Assembly (NCBI GenBank): GCA_947581805.1
Contig: CANPVM010000002.1
Span: 69,599 to 133,598 of the forward strand
Source: an uncultured Clostridia bacterium
Lineage (GTDB): Bacteria; Bacillota; Clostridia; TANB77; CAG-508
Direction of reading: 5' to 3'
DNA: 64,000 nt
Shown here: piece by piece, positions 10,769 to 21,727 of the stretch
Position numbering within the stretch: the stretch's first letter is position 1
How the letters are laid out: each line of letters starts with the position of its first letter
The notes under the pieces: generated by a model
Told to the model about the DNA's origin: nothing
What the model saw: only the letters and a program-made list of their open reading frames with translations
Databases searched by the model: none
Translations under genes and position numbers: made by a program

Positions 10769-11824
10769 TTATGCATTTTCTCCTTGTGGTTCTTGTCCCA
10801 CACCTTTTTCTTTTTCTTTCTCTTTTTCTTCTTTCTTTTCTTTTTTCCTTTGTTCTTCTTTTTCTTTTTCTCTCTTCTTTTCTTGTTTTTCTTCTTCTTC
10901 CTTTTCTTTCTGTCTTTCTAATTCTTCTCGTACTTTTTCTTGTTCTTGCAAGATTTTTGCTAATTCTTTTTGGCTTTTTATGACATCTGATTTTATCATT
11001 AAAATTGCTGTAATTATATAAATATACGCAATTGCAATATACATGATTTGGAAATATTGAATACGCAATGTAGTAAAGGTTTCAATAATTGTTACAAGTG
11101 CATTTAATAAAATTGGCAGAGTTAGACTATGAATGGCAATTTTACACATAGCAGAAAAACGAAGATGTAACCTCATAATTAGTGCTGTAAAGAAACCAAA
11201 TGCCCCTAACAAAATAATATCTAGCCAAATACTAATAAAATATAGGACAAATAAATATAATGCTAGCATTAAGAAGATTCCAATATACATTAAGAACATA
11301 TTGGTTCCTGAAAAGTATTCTAAAACTTGCTGTTTATTAAATTCTGAAATTCCATAAGTTTCTTCCAAAGTATTATAAGGATATTCTACTATTTGCGTTG
11401 CCACTTGTGTTTTTATTAATAGCCTATCTTGTAATAATAAAATTCCATTTTGTGCTTTTTCTAAGACTTCCTTATCCTTTTCTACATTATTTTCTTCTGT
11501 TTGATTTGTATCTATAATAATAGTATCAAAAAAATTATCATTATTTTGTTCTATGATAGCAGAAGATTGTTCTACCTGCAATATACCGTTAGAAAAGGTA
11601 AATTCTGGTATTTCTTCTTTTATATATTGTATTGCTTGCTGTAATTCTTCTGCTACTTTATAAACAGAAGTAAAAGAAATAATAAGTACAAAAATTACAA
11701 GTAATTTTACAAAATATGATAAAACTAAACTCCATTTTTTACTAGCTAATTCTGGATATTTTTCAAAATCTTTGATACTTATAATTAATTTTTTAAAAAA
11801 AGAATCTTCTTTTTCTTCTTTCAT
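10769..11824 (-). CDS. DUF1189-like membrane protein with a long Lys/Glu-rich C-terminal tail.
   Basis: A 351-aa protein with several TM helices, ending in a roughly 60-aa KEKEEEEKQEKKREKEKEE low-complexity tail. Confidence 0.5.
   Translation of the reverse strand: MKEEKEDSFFKKLIISIKDFEKYPELASKKWSLVLSYFVKLLVIFVLIISFTSVYKVAEELQQAIQYIKEEIPEFTFSNGILQVEQSSAIIEQNNDNFFDTIIIDTNQTEENNVEKDKEVLEKAQNGILLLQDRLLIKTQVATQIVEYPYNTLEETYGISEFNKQQVLEYFSGTNMFLMYIGIFLMLALYLFVLYFISIWLDIILLGAFGFFTALIMRLHLRFSAMCKIAIHSLTLPILLNALVTIIETFTTLRIQYFQIMYIAIAYIYIITAILMIKSDVIKSQKELAKILQEQEKVREELERQKEKEEEEKQEKKREKEKEEQRKKEKKEEKEKEKEKGVGQEPQGENA
10790..10960. repeat. Polypyrimidine (plus-strand) low-complexity tract of about 170 nt that encodes the KE-rich tail.
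   Basis: A near-uninterrupted run of C and T bases. It also generates spurious plus-strand ORFs. Confidence 0.8.
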
Positions 11825-11886
11825 CTTTAGCTCTCCTTTTTAGCTCCCTGTTTTTCTTTTTATTCTTATATACTATACTCTCGTTG

Positions 11887-13287
11887 TTAGATAGATTCGA
11901 TAGTCATTCCCTCTTTTGTATCTTTTACTACATAACCTTTTTCTTTTAATTCTTCACGAATGCGATCTGATTCTGCCCAGTCTTTGTTTTCTCTTGCCTT
12001 TTTTCTTTGCTCTACTAAATCTAAAATTTCTTTTGGTAATTCTGTTTTCTTTTGGTTTTCCAAATAACTCTTTGCATTTTTTAAATCTAATCCTAATATT
12101 TTATCAAATTCTAATAGAAGGTCTGCAAATTGTTTTGATTTTACTTCATTACGAACAACTTCCCATACTATTCCCATAGCAAGTGGCATATTTAAATCAT
12201 CATTTACTGCTTCTATAAATTTTCTTTTATATTCTTCAATAGTCTCTTTGTTTACTTCTTGCTCATTTTCACTATGGAATAAATATCCTTCTCTTAAACG
12301 ATTTAAAGCTTTTTGTGAAGATATAGCACTATCAAATGTGAAGTTTAATTTTGTTCTATAGTGTGCTGTATAGCAGAATAATTTGTAGGCAAGTGGTTCA
12401 ATTCCTCTTTTTTGTAATTCATCTAAAGTATAGGTATTTCCTAAACTTTTTGACATTTTTCCACCATCTACCTGTAAAAATTCAACATGCATCCAACGTT
12501 TGGCAGGAATATGTCCTGTACATCCTTTACTTTGTGCAATTTCATTTTCGTGGTGGGTTGGAATATGGTCTACCCCGCCTGTATGAATATCGAATTCATC
12601 TCCTAAATATTTTCTACTCATTGTAGAACATTCTAAATGCCAACCTGGGTACGATAATCCCCATGGGCTTTCCCATTTCATTATATGATTTTCAGGTGCT
12701 TTAATCCATACTGCAAAATCATAAGGATTTCTTTTTTCCTCGTCAACATCAACTCTAGCACCTGCAATTTGCTCATCTAAATTACGATTTGATAATACAG
12801 GATAGTGGTCTAACTTTGAAATGTCAAAATAAAGTCCTTTTGATGTTTCATAAGCATATCCATTTTCTACTAATTTTTTTACAAATTCCAACATATCTGC
12901 AATATGATCTGTTGCTTTTGCAATAATTTCTGGTCTTTCTATATTTAGTCTTCCCATATCTCTAAAAAATATATCGGTATAAAAAGCAGCAATTTCATAA
13001 GGATTTTTATTTTCTTTTTTCGCTGCTTTTTCCATTTTGTCTTCGCCTTCGTCGGCATCTGACTCTAAATGACCTACATCAGTAATATTCATAACATGTT
13101 TTAAGGTATAGCCATTTGCTTTTAAGACTCTTCTTAGCGTGTCCATAAAAACATAGGCTCTAAAGTTGCCAATGTGGGCATAACTGTAAACAGTTGGCCC
13201 ACATGTATATATTCTTACTTCTTTTCCCTCTAATGGAGTAAATTCTTCTTTTTTTCTTGTTAAAGTATTGTATAATGTTAAACTCAT
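11887..13287 (-). CDS. cysS: Cysteine--tRNA ligase.
   Basis: A class I aminoacyl-tRNA synthetase with the HIGN(F)R and KMSKS motifs; the N-terminus 'CGPTVYSYAHIGNFR' is typical of CysRS. Confidence 0.95.
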   Translation of the reverse strand: MSLTLYNTLTRKKEEFTPLEGKEVRIYTCGPTVYSYAHIGNFRAYVFMDTLRRVLKANGYTLKHVMNITDVGHLESDADEGEDKMEKAAKKENKNPYEIAAFYTDIFFRDMGRLNIERPEIIAKATDHIADMLEFVKKLVENGYAYETSKGLYFDISKLDHYPVLSNRNLDEQIAGARVDVDEEKRNPYDFAVWIKAPENHIMKWESPWGLSYPGWHLECSTMSRKYLGDEFDIHTGGVDHIPTHHENEIAQSKGCTGHIPAKRWMHVEFLQVDGGKMSKSLGNTYTLDELQKRGIEPLAYKLFCYTAHYRTKLNFTFDSAISSQKALNRLREGYLFHSENEQEVNKETIEEYKRKFIEAVNDDLNMPLAMGIVWEVVRNEVKSKQFADLLLEFDKILGLDLKNAKSYLENQKKTELPKEILDLVEQRKKARENKDWAESDRIREELKEKGYVVKDTKEGMTIESI

Positions 13288-13352
13288 ATTTTATTCCTCC
13301 CTAGGTACAAGTTTAGTTGAAAAATAATTTTATTTTCTAGTTTTTAATTTTT

Positions 13353-16001
13353 TTATACAACGACATTTGTTTCTGTTGTATTCGTATTTGTTGTATTTGT
13401 AGTTGTAGTTGTATTCGTAGTTGTATTATTATTTACTTCATTTGTAATGGTGTTTTGAGTATTGCCACCTTCTTCTGGCTTCTGTATTTTGTTAACCGTT
13501 AATGTAATTGTAGTTTCTTTCGCTACTTTTTCTTTTGCTTTAATACTTTGTTCTAGTACAATTCCATCTTTCTTCGTTTTGTCTTCTTTATATTTAATAC
13601 TTACTTTTAATCCTTGTTTTTCTAAAGCTTCTTTTGCTTGTTTTAGTGTCATTCCTACTACATTTAATACTTCTACTTTTTCTGGCTCTTTATGTACATC
13701 ACAGGTTTCTTCTGGCATATCATATTTGTCTCCGGCATCTGTAGACCATAAATTTGTATTTTCTTTTTGTGGTTTTACTAAGTAAGTTTTTTCTTCGGTC
13801 TCTTTACAATATTCTGTTGCAATTTTTCCTGTTTGTTTACATATTTTTAATTTGGTATGTCCTTCACATTCTTTTGGAAGAGTTCCTTTTACAAAAACTT
13901 CGGATATGGTTCTAGTACAAGAATCTGTTGCTAAACAACCTGAATCTTCACAAATTTTTGCATAAACAACGTTGCTTGGTCTTTGGAAACGAGCAGTTGG
14001 TAAGTCTTTATGAATATCTTTCATAACAGCTGCCCAAATATTAGCTGCATTATTTGTACTAAATACTGGATTTTCATTATAATCAAATCCAAACCAAACA
14101 GATGCTGTATAATATGGTGTAAAGCCACAAAGCCATCTATCTATGTAATGGTCTGTTGAACCTGTTTTAGCTCCTACGTCCATATTAGACATATAACATA
14201 CTGCTGCTGTTCCACTTCTTGCAGGTGATTTTAATAAATCTTGTAATACATAAGCATTGGCTTGTGACATTACTCTTCTCTTTTCTTGTTTTGATTCTAA
14301 AATGACATTTCCATTAGCATCTTCTACCTTTGTGTAGAAAATAGGGCTAATATATTCTCCATTATTTGCTACTGCTGCATAAGCTGCTGCCATATTAAGC
14401 GGGCTTACATCAGCTGTTCCTAATGCTAATGTAATACTTTCATGTCTACTATCAATTTCAATTCCTAAAGTTGATAAAAATTTAATAGCATTGGCAGGAC
14501 CTATTTCTTTCATAATTTTTAAATGTACAATATTAGAAGATTTTGCCAAAGCTGTTCGAATTGTCATTAACCCATGAAAACCATCTGAATTGTGTGGATT
14601 GCTATAATCTGCTCCAAAGCTAGTAGCAGAATCATCGTATACTGTTCCTGCTGTAATAATTCCGCTTTCTAGAGCTGGTGCTTCACAAGCAAGTGGTTTA
14701 ATAGAAGAACCTGTTTGTTTTCCTCTTAAAGCTCTATTGATACCAGTAGAATTTGAATCACTTCCTAAACCTCCGGCGCAAGCTACTACTTGCCCTGTTT
14801 TATGATCAATAATAACCATTCCTGCTTGCGTATGTGTATTAATTAAATTTCCTTCATCGTCTTTCTTTACACCACTTTTAATATATTTGTCTTTTAAAAA
14901 TTCCTCTTCCATTCTGTTTTGTATTGCTGTATCTTGTGTTGTATATACAGTATATCCATAGTTTTCTACCATAAATTGAGCGGTTTCTCTATTAACTCCT
15001 TTTTCTTCCATTAAGTCTTTAATCACTTGCTCAATAGCAGCTGATGTATGATAAGAATAAGTAATTTTTGAAACATTAGCACCTTGTTTAAATGGAAGAC
15101 CTGCTTCTACTTTTGCTACTGCGGAATTATATTCTTCTTCATTAATCATATTTTGGTCTTTCATTTGGAATAAAACTTCTTTTGTTCTATTAATAATAAG
15201 TTCTCCATTGTCTTCTCCTATAAATGGATTATATCTGCTAGGACCATGATTAATACCTGCTATAAAAGCACATTCTGCTAAATCTAATTCTGCTACTGGT
15301 TTATCAAAATAATATTCTGCTGCCATGCCCACACCATAAATAGTAGAACCCATTGGAATTTTATTTAAGTATAGTTCTAATATTTGATCTTTTGAAATAA
15401 TCTTCTCTAGATTGTAAGCACGTGCCATTTCTCTTATTTTTCTTTCAATTCCTGCTGCACCTTCGTCTGCATCATCATCCATTAAATTTTTAATTAATTG
15501 TTGTGTAATAGTACTTCCTCCACCTGCAGAAGATTCTCCTTTATTAATTGCATACATTACTGTAACATATGCCGTTCTTTTTATATCTATTCCCTTATGT
15601 TCATAAAACCTTTTATCTTCAATAGCAACAAAAGCTTTTGGTAAAAGTGCTGGCATATCAGACAAACTTACAATCTTTCTATTTTCTTTTCCAGATATTG
15701 TTGCAATTACCTCTCCATTTTTATCTTTTACACTACCATTAATTTGTTGAATTAGTAAATCTTCTTGTGTTAGTTTAAATTTATCACTAAAGAAGATACC
15801 TGCAATGATACCTATTCCAATTAAGCATAGTAAAATTCCTAAAACAAAGATAATTAAAATTGCTTTTTTTAGTTTTGGATGTTTTTTCTTTGCTTTTTTC
15901 TCTTTACTTTTTCTATGTATTTTTGTTTTATATTTTTTTGTTTTTTCTGTGTCTTCATAATTTGTTTTTGTTACCTTTTTTTTGCCATTTGATTTATTCA
16001 T
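13353..16001 (-). CDS. Class A penicillin-binding protein (PBP1A-type) with a C-terminal PASTA domain and a Thr/Asn-rich tail.
   Basis: Has the GT51 glycosyltransferase motifs (EDKRFYEHKGID), the transpeptidase SxxK/SxN/KTG motifs, a PASTA-like segment and a low-complexity NNNTTTNTTTTT end. Confidence 0.9.
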   Translation of the reverse strand: MNKSNGKKKVTKTNYEDTEKTKKYKTKIHRKSKEKKAKKKHPKLKKAILIIFVLGILLCLIGIGIIAGIFFSDKFKLTQEDLLIQQINGSVKDKNGEVIATISGKENRKIVSLSDMPALLPKAFVAIEDKRFYEHKGIDIKRTAYVTVMYAINKGESSAGGGSTITQQLIKNLMDDDADEGAAGIERKIREMARAYNLEKIISKDQILELYLNKIPMGSTIYGVGMAAEYYFDKPVAELDLAECAFIAGINHGPSRYNPFIGEDNGELIINRTKEVLFQMKDQNMINEEEYNSAVAKVEAGLPFKQGANVSKITYSYHTSAAIEQVIKDLMEEKGVNRETAQFMVENYGYTVYTTQDTAIQNRMEEEFLKDKYIKSGVKKDDEGNLINTHTQAGMVIIDHKTGQVVACAGGLGSDSNSTGINRALRGKQTGSSIKPLACEAPALESGIITAGTVYDDSATSFGADYSNPHNSDGFHGLMTIRTALAKSSNIVHLKIMKEIGPANAIKFLSTLGIEIDSRHESITLALGTADVSPLNMAAAYAAVANNGEYISPIFYTKVEDANGNVILESKQEKRRVMSQANAYVLQDLLKSPARSGTAAVCYMSNMDVGAKTGSTDHYIDRWLCGFTPYYTASVWFGFDYNENPVFSTNNAANIWAAVMKDIHKDLPTARFQRPSNVVYAKICEDSGCLATDSCTRTISEVFVKGTLPKECEGHTKLKICKQTGKIATEYCKETEEKTYLVKPQKENTNLWSTDAGDKYDMPEETCDVHKEPEKVEVLNVVGMTLKQAKEALEKQGLKVSIKYKEDKTKKDGIVLEQSIKAKEKVAKETTITLTVNKIQKPEEGGNTQNTITNEVNNNTTTNTTTTTNTTNTNTTETNVVV

Positions 16002-16162
16002 TTTTTATTTCCTCCTTGGCATAAAATTGACAGTTACATTATATTATATATTGCTTAAAATGAAAAGGTTTTTTAAGAAATTTTTAAGAAAAAAATATCA
16101 ATTTGATTATTTTACTAAGCAGATGTTTTTTCTTTAAAATTTTTCTTGTCTATATTTTATAT

Positions 16163-16199
16163 AACAAAAAATACTAGGCTTATTTGCCTAGTATTTTTT
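16163..16199 (-). terminator. Rho-independent terminator downstream of rny.
   Basis: The stem AATACTAGGC/GCCTAGTATT is flanked by an A-run and a T-run. Confidence 0.55.
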
Positions 16200-16201
16200 G
16201 T

Positions 16202-17743
16202 TTATTTTGCATAATCAATAACTCTAGTTTCTCTTACAACATTTACTTTAATTTGTCCTGGATAATCCATTTCATCTTCTACTTTCTTTGCGATATCTCT
16301 TGCCATTAATGTCATTTGACTATCTGATACTTTTTCCGGTTTTACAATAATTCTTACTTCACGACCTGCTTGAATTGCAAAAGATTTGTCTACCCCTTCA
16401 AAAGAATCTGCAATTTCTTCTAATTGTTGCAATCTCTTTATGTAAGCTTCTAAAGTTTCTCTTCTTGCTCCTGGTCTTGAAGCTGAAATAGCATCTGCTG
16501 CTTGTACTAATACTGCTTCCACACTTTGTGGCTCTACATCTCCATGATGAGCTTGTACGGCATTAATTACCATTTCATTTTCTTTGTACTTTCTAAGTAC
16601 ATCTACACCTATTTCTACGTGTGTTCCTTCCATATCATGATCTAATGCTTTTCCAATATCATGAAGTAACCCTGCTCTTCTTGCTAATTTTGGATCTAAA
16701 CCTAATTCTTCTGCCATAATTCTAGCTAAGTTGGAAACTTCAATAGAATGATTTAATACATTTTGTCCATAACTAGTTCTGTATTTTAGTTTTCCAAGTA
16801 GTTTAATTACATCTGGATGAAGACCAATGACACCAGCTTCCATGGCTGCTCTTTCGCCTTCTTCTTTAATAGTTGCTTCTAATTCTTCTTTTGCTTTTTC
16901 TACCATTTCTTCAATTTTAGCTGGATGAATTCTTCCATCTTCAATTAATTTTTCTAATGCCATTTTAGCAACTTCTCTACGTAGTGGATCAAAACCTGAA
17001 ATAACAACTGCTTCTGGTGTATCATCAATAATTAAATCAATTCCTGTTAAGGTTTCTAATGTTTTAATATTTCTTCCTTCTCTACCAATAATTCTTCCTT
17101 TCATATCGTCATTTGGAAGAGCTACTATGGATACTGTTGTTTCTTGAGAATGATCTGCTGCACATTTTTGAATTGCATAACTAATAATATTTTTTGCTGT
17201 TTTATCTGCTGTTTCCTTTGTTTTTTGTTCTAAGTCTTTAATTAAAGCTGCTTTCTCTGCTGTTATTTGTTTTTCTACTTCTGATAACAATTGTTTTTTT
17301 GCATCTTCTGCAGATAGGCCTGCAATACGTTGTAATTCAGACATTTGCCTATTGTACAATTCTTCTAACTCTTGTTTCTTTTTTTCATTTTCTTCTTGTT
17401 TAGTAAATAAGTCTTTTTCCTTTTTTTCTAATTGTTCCATTCTGTTTTCTAAATTTTCTTCTTTTTGAATTAAACGTTTTTCTTGTAGTTGTACTTCGCC
17501 TCTTCTTTCTCTAATCTCTTGATCTAATTCTTTTCGACTAGCCATAATTTCTTCTTTTGCCTTAAAGATTTCTTCTTTTTTCTTATTTTCTGCTTCTTTA
17601 TTTGCTAATTCTACAATTCTTTTTGCTTCATTTTCTGCACTTTTCATTTTAGATTCTGCTATTTTTTTTCTGATGAAAAAACCAACGAATGTAAAAATAA
17701 TAGCTGAGACTAGAAAAACGGCGATATTAATTATGATATCCAT
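16202..17743 (-). CDS. rny: Ribonuclease Y.
   Basis: Has an N-terminal TM helix, a coiled coil, a KH domain and an HD domain (LLHDIGK); 513 aa. Confidence 0.95.
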   Translation of the reverse strand: MDIIINIAVFLVSAIIFTFVGFFIRKKIAESKMKSAENEAKRIVELANKEAENKKKEEIFKAKEEIMASRKELDQEIRERRGEVQLQEKRLIQKEENLENRMEQLEKKEKDLFTKQEENEKKKQELEELYNRQMSELQRIAGLSAEDAKKQLLSEVEKQITAEKAALIKDLEQKTKETADKTAKNIISYAIQKCAADHSQETTVSIVALPNDDMKGRIIGREGRNIKTLETLTGIDLIIDDTPEAVVISGFDPLRREVAKMALEKLIEDGRIHPAKIEEMVEKAKEELEATIKEEGERAAMEAGVIGLHPDVIKLLGKLKYRTSYGQNVLNHSIEVSNLARIMAEELGLDPKLARRAGLLHDIGKALDHDMEGTHVEIGVDVLRKYKENEMVINAVQAHHGDVEPQSVEAVLVQAADAISASRPGARRETLEAYIKRLQQLEEIADSFEGVDKSFAIQAGREVRIIVKPEKVSDSQMTLMARDIAKKVEDEMDYPGQIKVNVVRETRVIDYAK

Positions 17744-17885
17744 AATTTTACACCTCTTTCTATTAAATTTTCAATGTACATAAATATATATTACTCTAAT
17801 TATTTTTAGAATATATTTTGTCTCCTCTTCTATTTTATCTTTATTACTGTCAACTGTCAAGACATTTTCAAGAATTGGTAAAAAA

Positions 17886-17922
17886 AACTAAAAAAGTGAA
17901 CTTTGAAAGTTCACTTTTTTAT
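17886..17922 (-). terminator. Palindromic terminator downstream of xerD.
   Basis: AAAGTGAACTTTGAAAGTTCACTTT flanked by A- and T-runs; reads as a terminator in both directions. Confidence 0.55.
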
Positions 17923-17926
17923 AATC

Positions 17927-18808
17927 TTAAGCTCTTGGATGAGCTTTTTTATATACATTTTTTAATCCACTATCTTGAAATTGCATATATACTTGTGTAG
18001 AGGAAATATCAGAATGTCCAAGCATTGTTTGAATTGCTTTCAAGTCTGCTCCATTTTGTAAAAGATGTGTTGCAAAAGAATGTCTTAATACATGTGGGGT
18101 AATATCTTTTGTAATGTGAGCTTGTTCTTTATAATATTTTACAATTTTCCAAAAACCTTGTCTTGTTAATCTTTGACCATTTACATTGACAAATAAAGCT
18201 TTTACACTTTCGTCACGAATTAAAACTGGTCTTGCTTCTTCAATATATTCTTTTAATGCTTTTAAAGCAATAGCACCTAAAGGAATATTTCTTTGTTTTG
18301 AGCCTGAATGGCATACAACATAGCTTTCATCTAATTTTACATCTTGAATATCTAGAGAAATAATTTCTGTTACTCTCATTCCCGTTGCATAAGCAAATTC
18401 TAACATTGCTTTATCTCTAGTTCCTTTTAAGTCTACATCTTTTGGTTGGTCTAATAACAATTCTACTTCTTTTGCTGTTAGTACGCTAGGTGCTCTTTTT
18501 TCAATTTTTGGTGATTGAATATGTGCTGTTGGGTCTTGTTTTACTTTTTTATTTTTTACTAAAAATTGGTAGAAAGAACGAATAGAAGCTAAATTTCTTG
18601 ATATTGTAGATGCTTTCTTTCCTACTGATTGTAAATAATCTAAATAATTTTTAATATCTTCTTCTTTTACTTTTGCATAATTAATTTTATTGCTTTCTAC
18701 ATATTTGTTGTAGTATACAATATCTCTTCTATAAGATTGTAATGTGTTATCTGATGCTTTCTTTTCATTTTGAAGAAATTCTAAAAAAAGTTTTACTTGT
18801 TTTTCCAT
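17927..18808 (-). CDS. xerD: Tyrosine site-specific recombinase of the XerC/XerD family.
   Basis: The C-terminal catalytic region carries R...HxxR...Y (LRHSFATHLL and LGHSDISSTQVY); 293 aa. Confidence 0.8.
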   Translation of the reverse strand: MEKQVKLFLEFLQNEKKASDNTLQSYRRDIVYYNKYVESNKINYAKVKEEDIKNYLDYLQSVGKKASTISRNLASIRSFYQFLVKNKKVKQDPTAHIQSPKIEKRAPSVLTAKEVELLLDQPKDVDLKGTRDKAMLEFAYATGMRVTEIISLDIQDVKLDESYVVCHSGSKQRNIPLGAIALKALKEYIEEARPVLIRDESVKALFVNVNGQRLTRQGFWKIVKYYKEQAHITKDITPHVLRHSFATHLLQNGADLKAIQTMLGHSDISSTQVYMQFQDSGLKNVYKKAHPRA

Positions 18809-18975
18809 TTGATTTAGCTCCCCTATCTATTTATTTTTTCTTTACCTTACGTAAACTGTATATGTTATATCAAATTCCTGACAAATTGTAAAGACATTTT
18901 TCTAAAAAATTTTATATTTTTTTACACTTTTTCTATTTTTTACTTATTTTTCAACATTTCTTTTTTATTCACAAT

Positions 18976-19626
18976 TTAAAAATATGAAACAGATAAACTA
19001 AGCATAGAATTTGATATATATACTTCTGCTAAAGCTGATATCATCAGAATAAATAAAATAAAAAGAGAAAAAACAGTATGTCTTACCATTTCTACTTTAA
19101 TATTTTCTTTTCTTTTATCTTTCATAATAGCTTGGTATAATTTTGCTCCACTAACTGCTAAAGCTAAGGTGCAAGGAATAATAAAAATATTTTGTAATAG
19201 AAGTGTGATACAGGAAAATAAAATTCCTTTTGTGGTTCCTAATACATAAATTATAGAAGAAATTGTATAACCTAACGAAAATCCTTTTAAAGTAACTAAG
19301 CCATAAACAATAGGAATACCTATAATAGTGCAACCCATGAACCATAATAAAAATGCAAATAAAATATGATTTCCAATGATACTTTTTAAAAGATTGACAG
19401 AATCAATTTGATAATCTGTTTTGAGAGCATTGATAAATGTGTTAATTGTTGTTTCGATTTGCACATGTATACTATCATTGGAATGATTAACAAAAATAAC
19501 CCCTGCTATTATTCCAATAAAAAAGAAAACCGAAATAATTGTATATTGTTTTAAATTATGAGATATATGTTCTTTTACGACATTCCAAATTTGATTCTTT
19601 TTCTCTTGTTTTTTCATATTCATCAT
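18976..19626 (-). CDS. spoIIM: Stage II sporulation protein M (SpoIIM)-like membrane protein.
   Basis: A 216-aa polytopic membrane protein sitting next to xerD, the usual position in clostridial genomes. Confidence 0.6.
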   Translation of the reverse strand: MMNMKKQEKKNQIWNVVKEHISHNLKQYTIISVFFFIGIIAGVIFVNHSNDSIHVQIETTINTFINALKTDYQIDSVNLLKSIIGNHILFAFLLWFMGCTIIGIPIVYGLVTLKGFSLGYTISSIIYVLGTTKGILFSCITLLLQNIFIIPCTLALAVSGAKLYQAIMKDKRKENIKVEMVRHTVFSLFILFILMISALAEVYISNSMLSLSVSYF

Positions 19627-19697
19627 GCTCCTTTTGTTCTTTCTACATAATGTCTATTCCATAAAACAAACTTTTAGAACCAAATCACATTCTTATT

Positions 19698-20885
19698 TTA
19701 TTTTACTTTGCCGTAAACTCCTCCACCACCAGCTTGTATTGTTACATTTCCCTCTCTTACCTTAATGATTTTTTCTGCTACTTTTTCTCCTACAACAGAT
19801 TCGATATCATCTTTTGTAAGCTTATGTAATATTGTCATTTCCGTTCCAAAATGGTCTAATAATTTTGTAATTTGTTTTGCTCCAACGCCTGGTATAAATT
19901 GAAGTGGAACTTGGTAAATATAAGGTGGTCTTGTTTTTGGACTTTTTGTTTCTTTTTTATCTTTTATTAATTCAATTCTATCAAATACTCCAAATGTCAC
20001 TTGATTACTTCCACATTTTGGGCAAATAGCTACTGGCTCTTTTGTTTCAATCGTACTTTCACAATCATCGCAGTACGTTCTATGGTATTTGCCTAGTTTT
20101 GGATCTAAACCGTAATTGGCTACTATTTTTCTTCCTTCTTCATTTTTTAGTGCTTTCACCACTTCTTTAAATGAAATATCTTTTACTTCTAACTTGTTGT
20201 ATTCTCTTGCAATTTTAGGAAGAGAATGTGCATCTGAATTCGTAAGAAAGGCTTTGCTTTCTAATTCAGATATCGTATCTGCTAGAAAAGTATCCGAACT
20301 CAAGCCTAATTCAATAGCAAATATTTTATTGAACTTTTCTTTAAAAATTTCTTCTAATCGGTCAACACAATTTCCATAGTAGCTTTTATGAGGAGTAAAA
20401 ACGTGAGCTGGAATTAAAATTCCATGATATTTTTCTACTAAATCAATTAAGTCATATCCAGATAAATCGGACCTTTGCGTACTTAACGTTATGTTTTTTA
20501 CATGTTGGCTCATTTCATGAGAGAAACCTTTTATATCTTTTAAATGTGGAAAGAAACAAATATTATGGGCTGCTCCTTTGTGTCCATTTCTACCTACTTC
20601 TGAAGTTTCTACTTCACTTCCCAATAAGATGCAAACTTTATCTTTATAAATAATTCCACCATCTTCTATTTCATAAGCTTCTCCTGTTTTTAAAAAATTT
20701 TCAATATCTTCTATTACATATGGGGAAGCACAATCAATAATTCCAACTACTTGAATTCCTTTTCTTTCATAACATTCTTTTGCAATGTTTGCAAAATTAA
20801 GGGTTCTTGCTGCTGTTATTTTGATTGGCTTTCCTGTTTCAGACCTTCCAATATGAACATGTAAATCGGCAAATATTTCACTCAT
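19698..20885 (-). CDS. Endonuclease Q / TIGR00375-family protein with a PHP domain.
   Basis: Has an N-terminal PHP motif DLHVHIG, a C-terminal zinc ribbon (CDDC...CPKCG) and a helix-hairpin-helix segment. Confidence 0.5.
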   Translation of the reverse strand: MSEIFADLHVHIGRSETGKPIKITAARTLNFANIAKECYERKGIQVVGIIDCASPYVIEDIENFLKTGEAYEIEDGGIIYKDKVCILLGSEVETSEVGRNGHKGAAHNICFFPHLKDIKGFSHEMSQHVKNITLSTQRSDLSGYDLIDLVEKYHGILIPAHVFTPHKSYYGNCVDRLEEIFKEKFNKIFAIELGLSSDTFLADTISELESKAFLTNSDAHSLPKIAREYNKLEVKDISFKEVVKALKNEEGRKIVANYGLDPKLGKYHRTYCDDCESTIETKEPVAICPKCGSNQVTFGVFDRIELIKDKKETKSPKTRPPYIYQVPLQFIPGVGAKQITKLLDHFGTEMTILHKLTKDDIESVVGEKVAEKIIKVREGNVTIQAGGGGVYGKVK

Positions 20886-20948
20886 TTTTTCTTCCTCCTA
20901 TAAAAATACGTTTCCTTTCGAAATGTTTTCAAAAAGAAACGTGTTTTT

Positions 20949-21185
20949 TTATCTTTCTTCTTTATTTTTATTTTTTAATACAATTGGTTCAATTTCATTT
21001 GGATTAAAATGAATTGTCTCTGGTTTTTGCTTTTCTACTTCTTTTAAAGTTTTATTTCCTATTTCTTTTACTTTCTTTTGAATATATGCATAGGAATTTG
21101 CTGCAGTAATAATAGACTGTTTGGTATCTTTAGCAGTATTCATTTTTATAGCTAAATATTCCATTGTTCGATAAAAACCACTCAT
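20949..21185 (-). CDS. Hypothetical small protein (78 aa).
   Basis: The ORF is translationally coupled to the upstream gene (ATGA overlap). I see no recognisable motif. Confidence 0.3.
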   Translation of the reverse strand: MSGFYRTMEYLAIKMNTAKDTKQSIITAANSYAYIQKKVKEIGNKTLKEVEKQKPETIHFNPNEIEPIVLKNKNKEER

Positions 21186-21727
21186 TATACATATACCTCC
21201 TGCATTTTATTTACAAATTCTTTAAACTGTTCTAAATATCGATTTTTCTTTCCTTTTAAGTTTCGATATTCTAATAGTACTAATGCTTCATCTGGTTTAA
21301 AGCCAATCCTTTCTGGTCTATCTAAAAGCATACCACCAAATTGGTCAACTAGCTCTAAAATATCACTTTCTTTTTCTCTTGGGGTACTTTGAGAATAACG
21401 ATTTACTTCTTCACATATTTTACAAAATCTATCAGAAAATCCAAGGGTTTTTAAATATTCTGCTCCTTCTTTTGCATAAGATTTGACTTTATTTAAATCG
21501 CTAAAATTAGTTGGTTTTTTACAATTGCATAACAAGCAAGCAGTGATAACTAAATTGCTGTCAATATCTATGTTCATAGTTTCTATAAATAATTTTGCTA
21601 ATTCTGTTTTTAAGACAACGGATTTATCAAAGAAAATGCGAGCTTTTTTTTCTAAATAAAACATAATTTCCATTTTGCGAACCCAATCTTTTTCTTTTAA
21701 AATATACTCTGCAAACGTTTCTTCCAT
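21185..21727 (-). CDS. Hypothetical protein (180 aa).
   Basis: An ORF with reasonable codon usage and a Cys cluster (CLLCNC...CKICE). Its family is unknown. Confidence 0.4.
   Translation of the reverse strand: MEETFAEYILKEKDWVRKMEIMFYLEKKARIFFDKSVVLKTELAKLFIETMNIDIDSNLVITACLLCNCKKPTNFSDLNKVKSYAKEGAEYLKTLGFSDRFCKICEEVNRYSQSTPREKESDILELVDQFGGMLLDRPERIGFKPDEALVLLEYRNLKGKKNRYLEQFKEFVNKMQEVYV

Noticed and set aside
10703-10983. Two overlapping plus-strand ORFs encoding poly-Phe/Leu peptides.
   Set aside because: They are the antisense reading of the polypyrimidine tract that encodes the KE-rich tail of the DUF1189-like protein.
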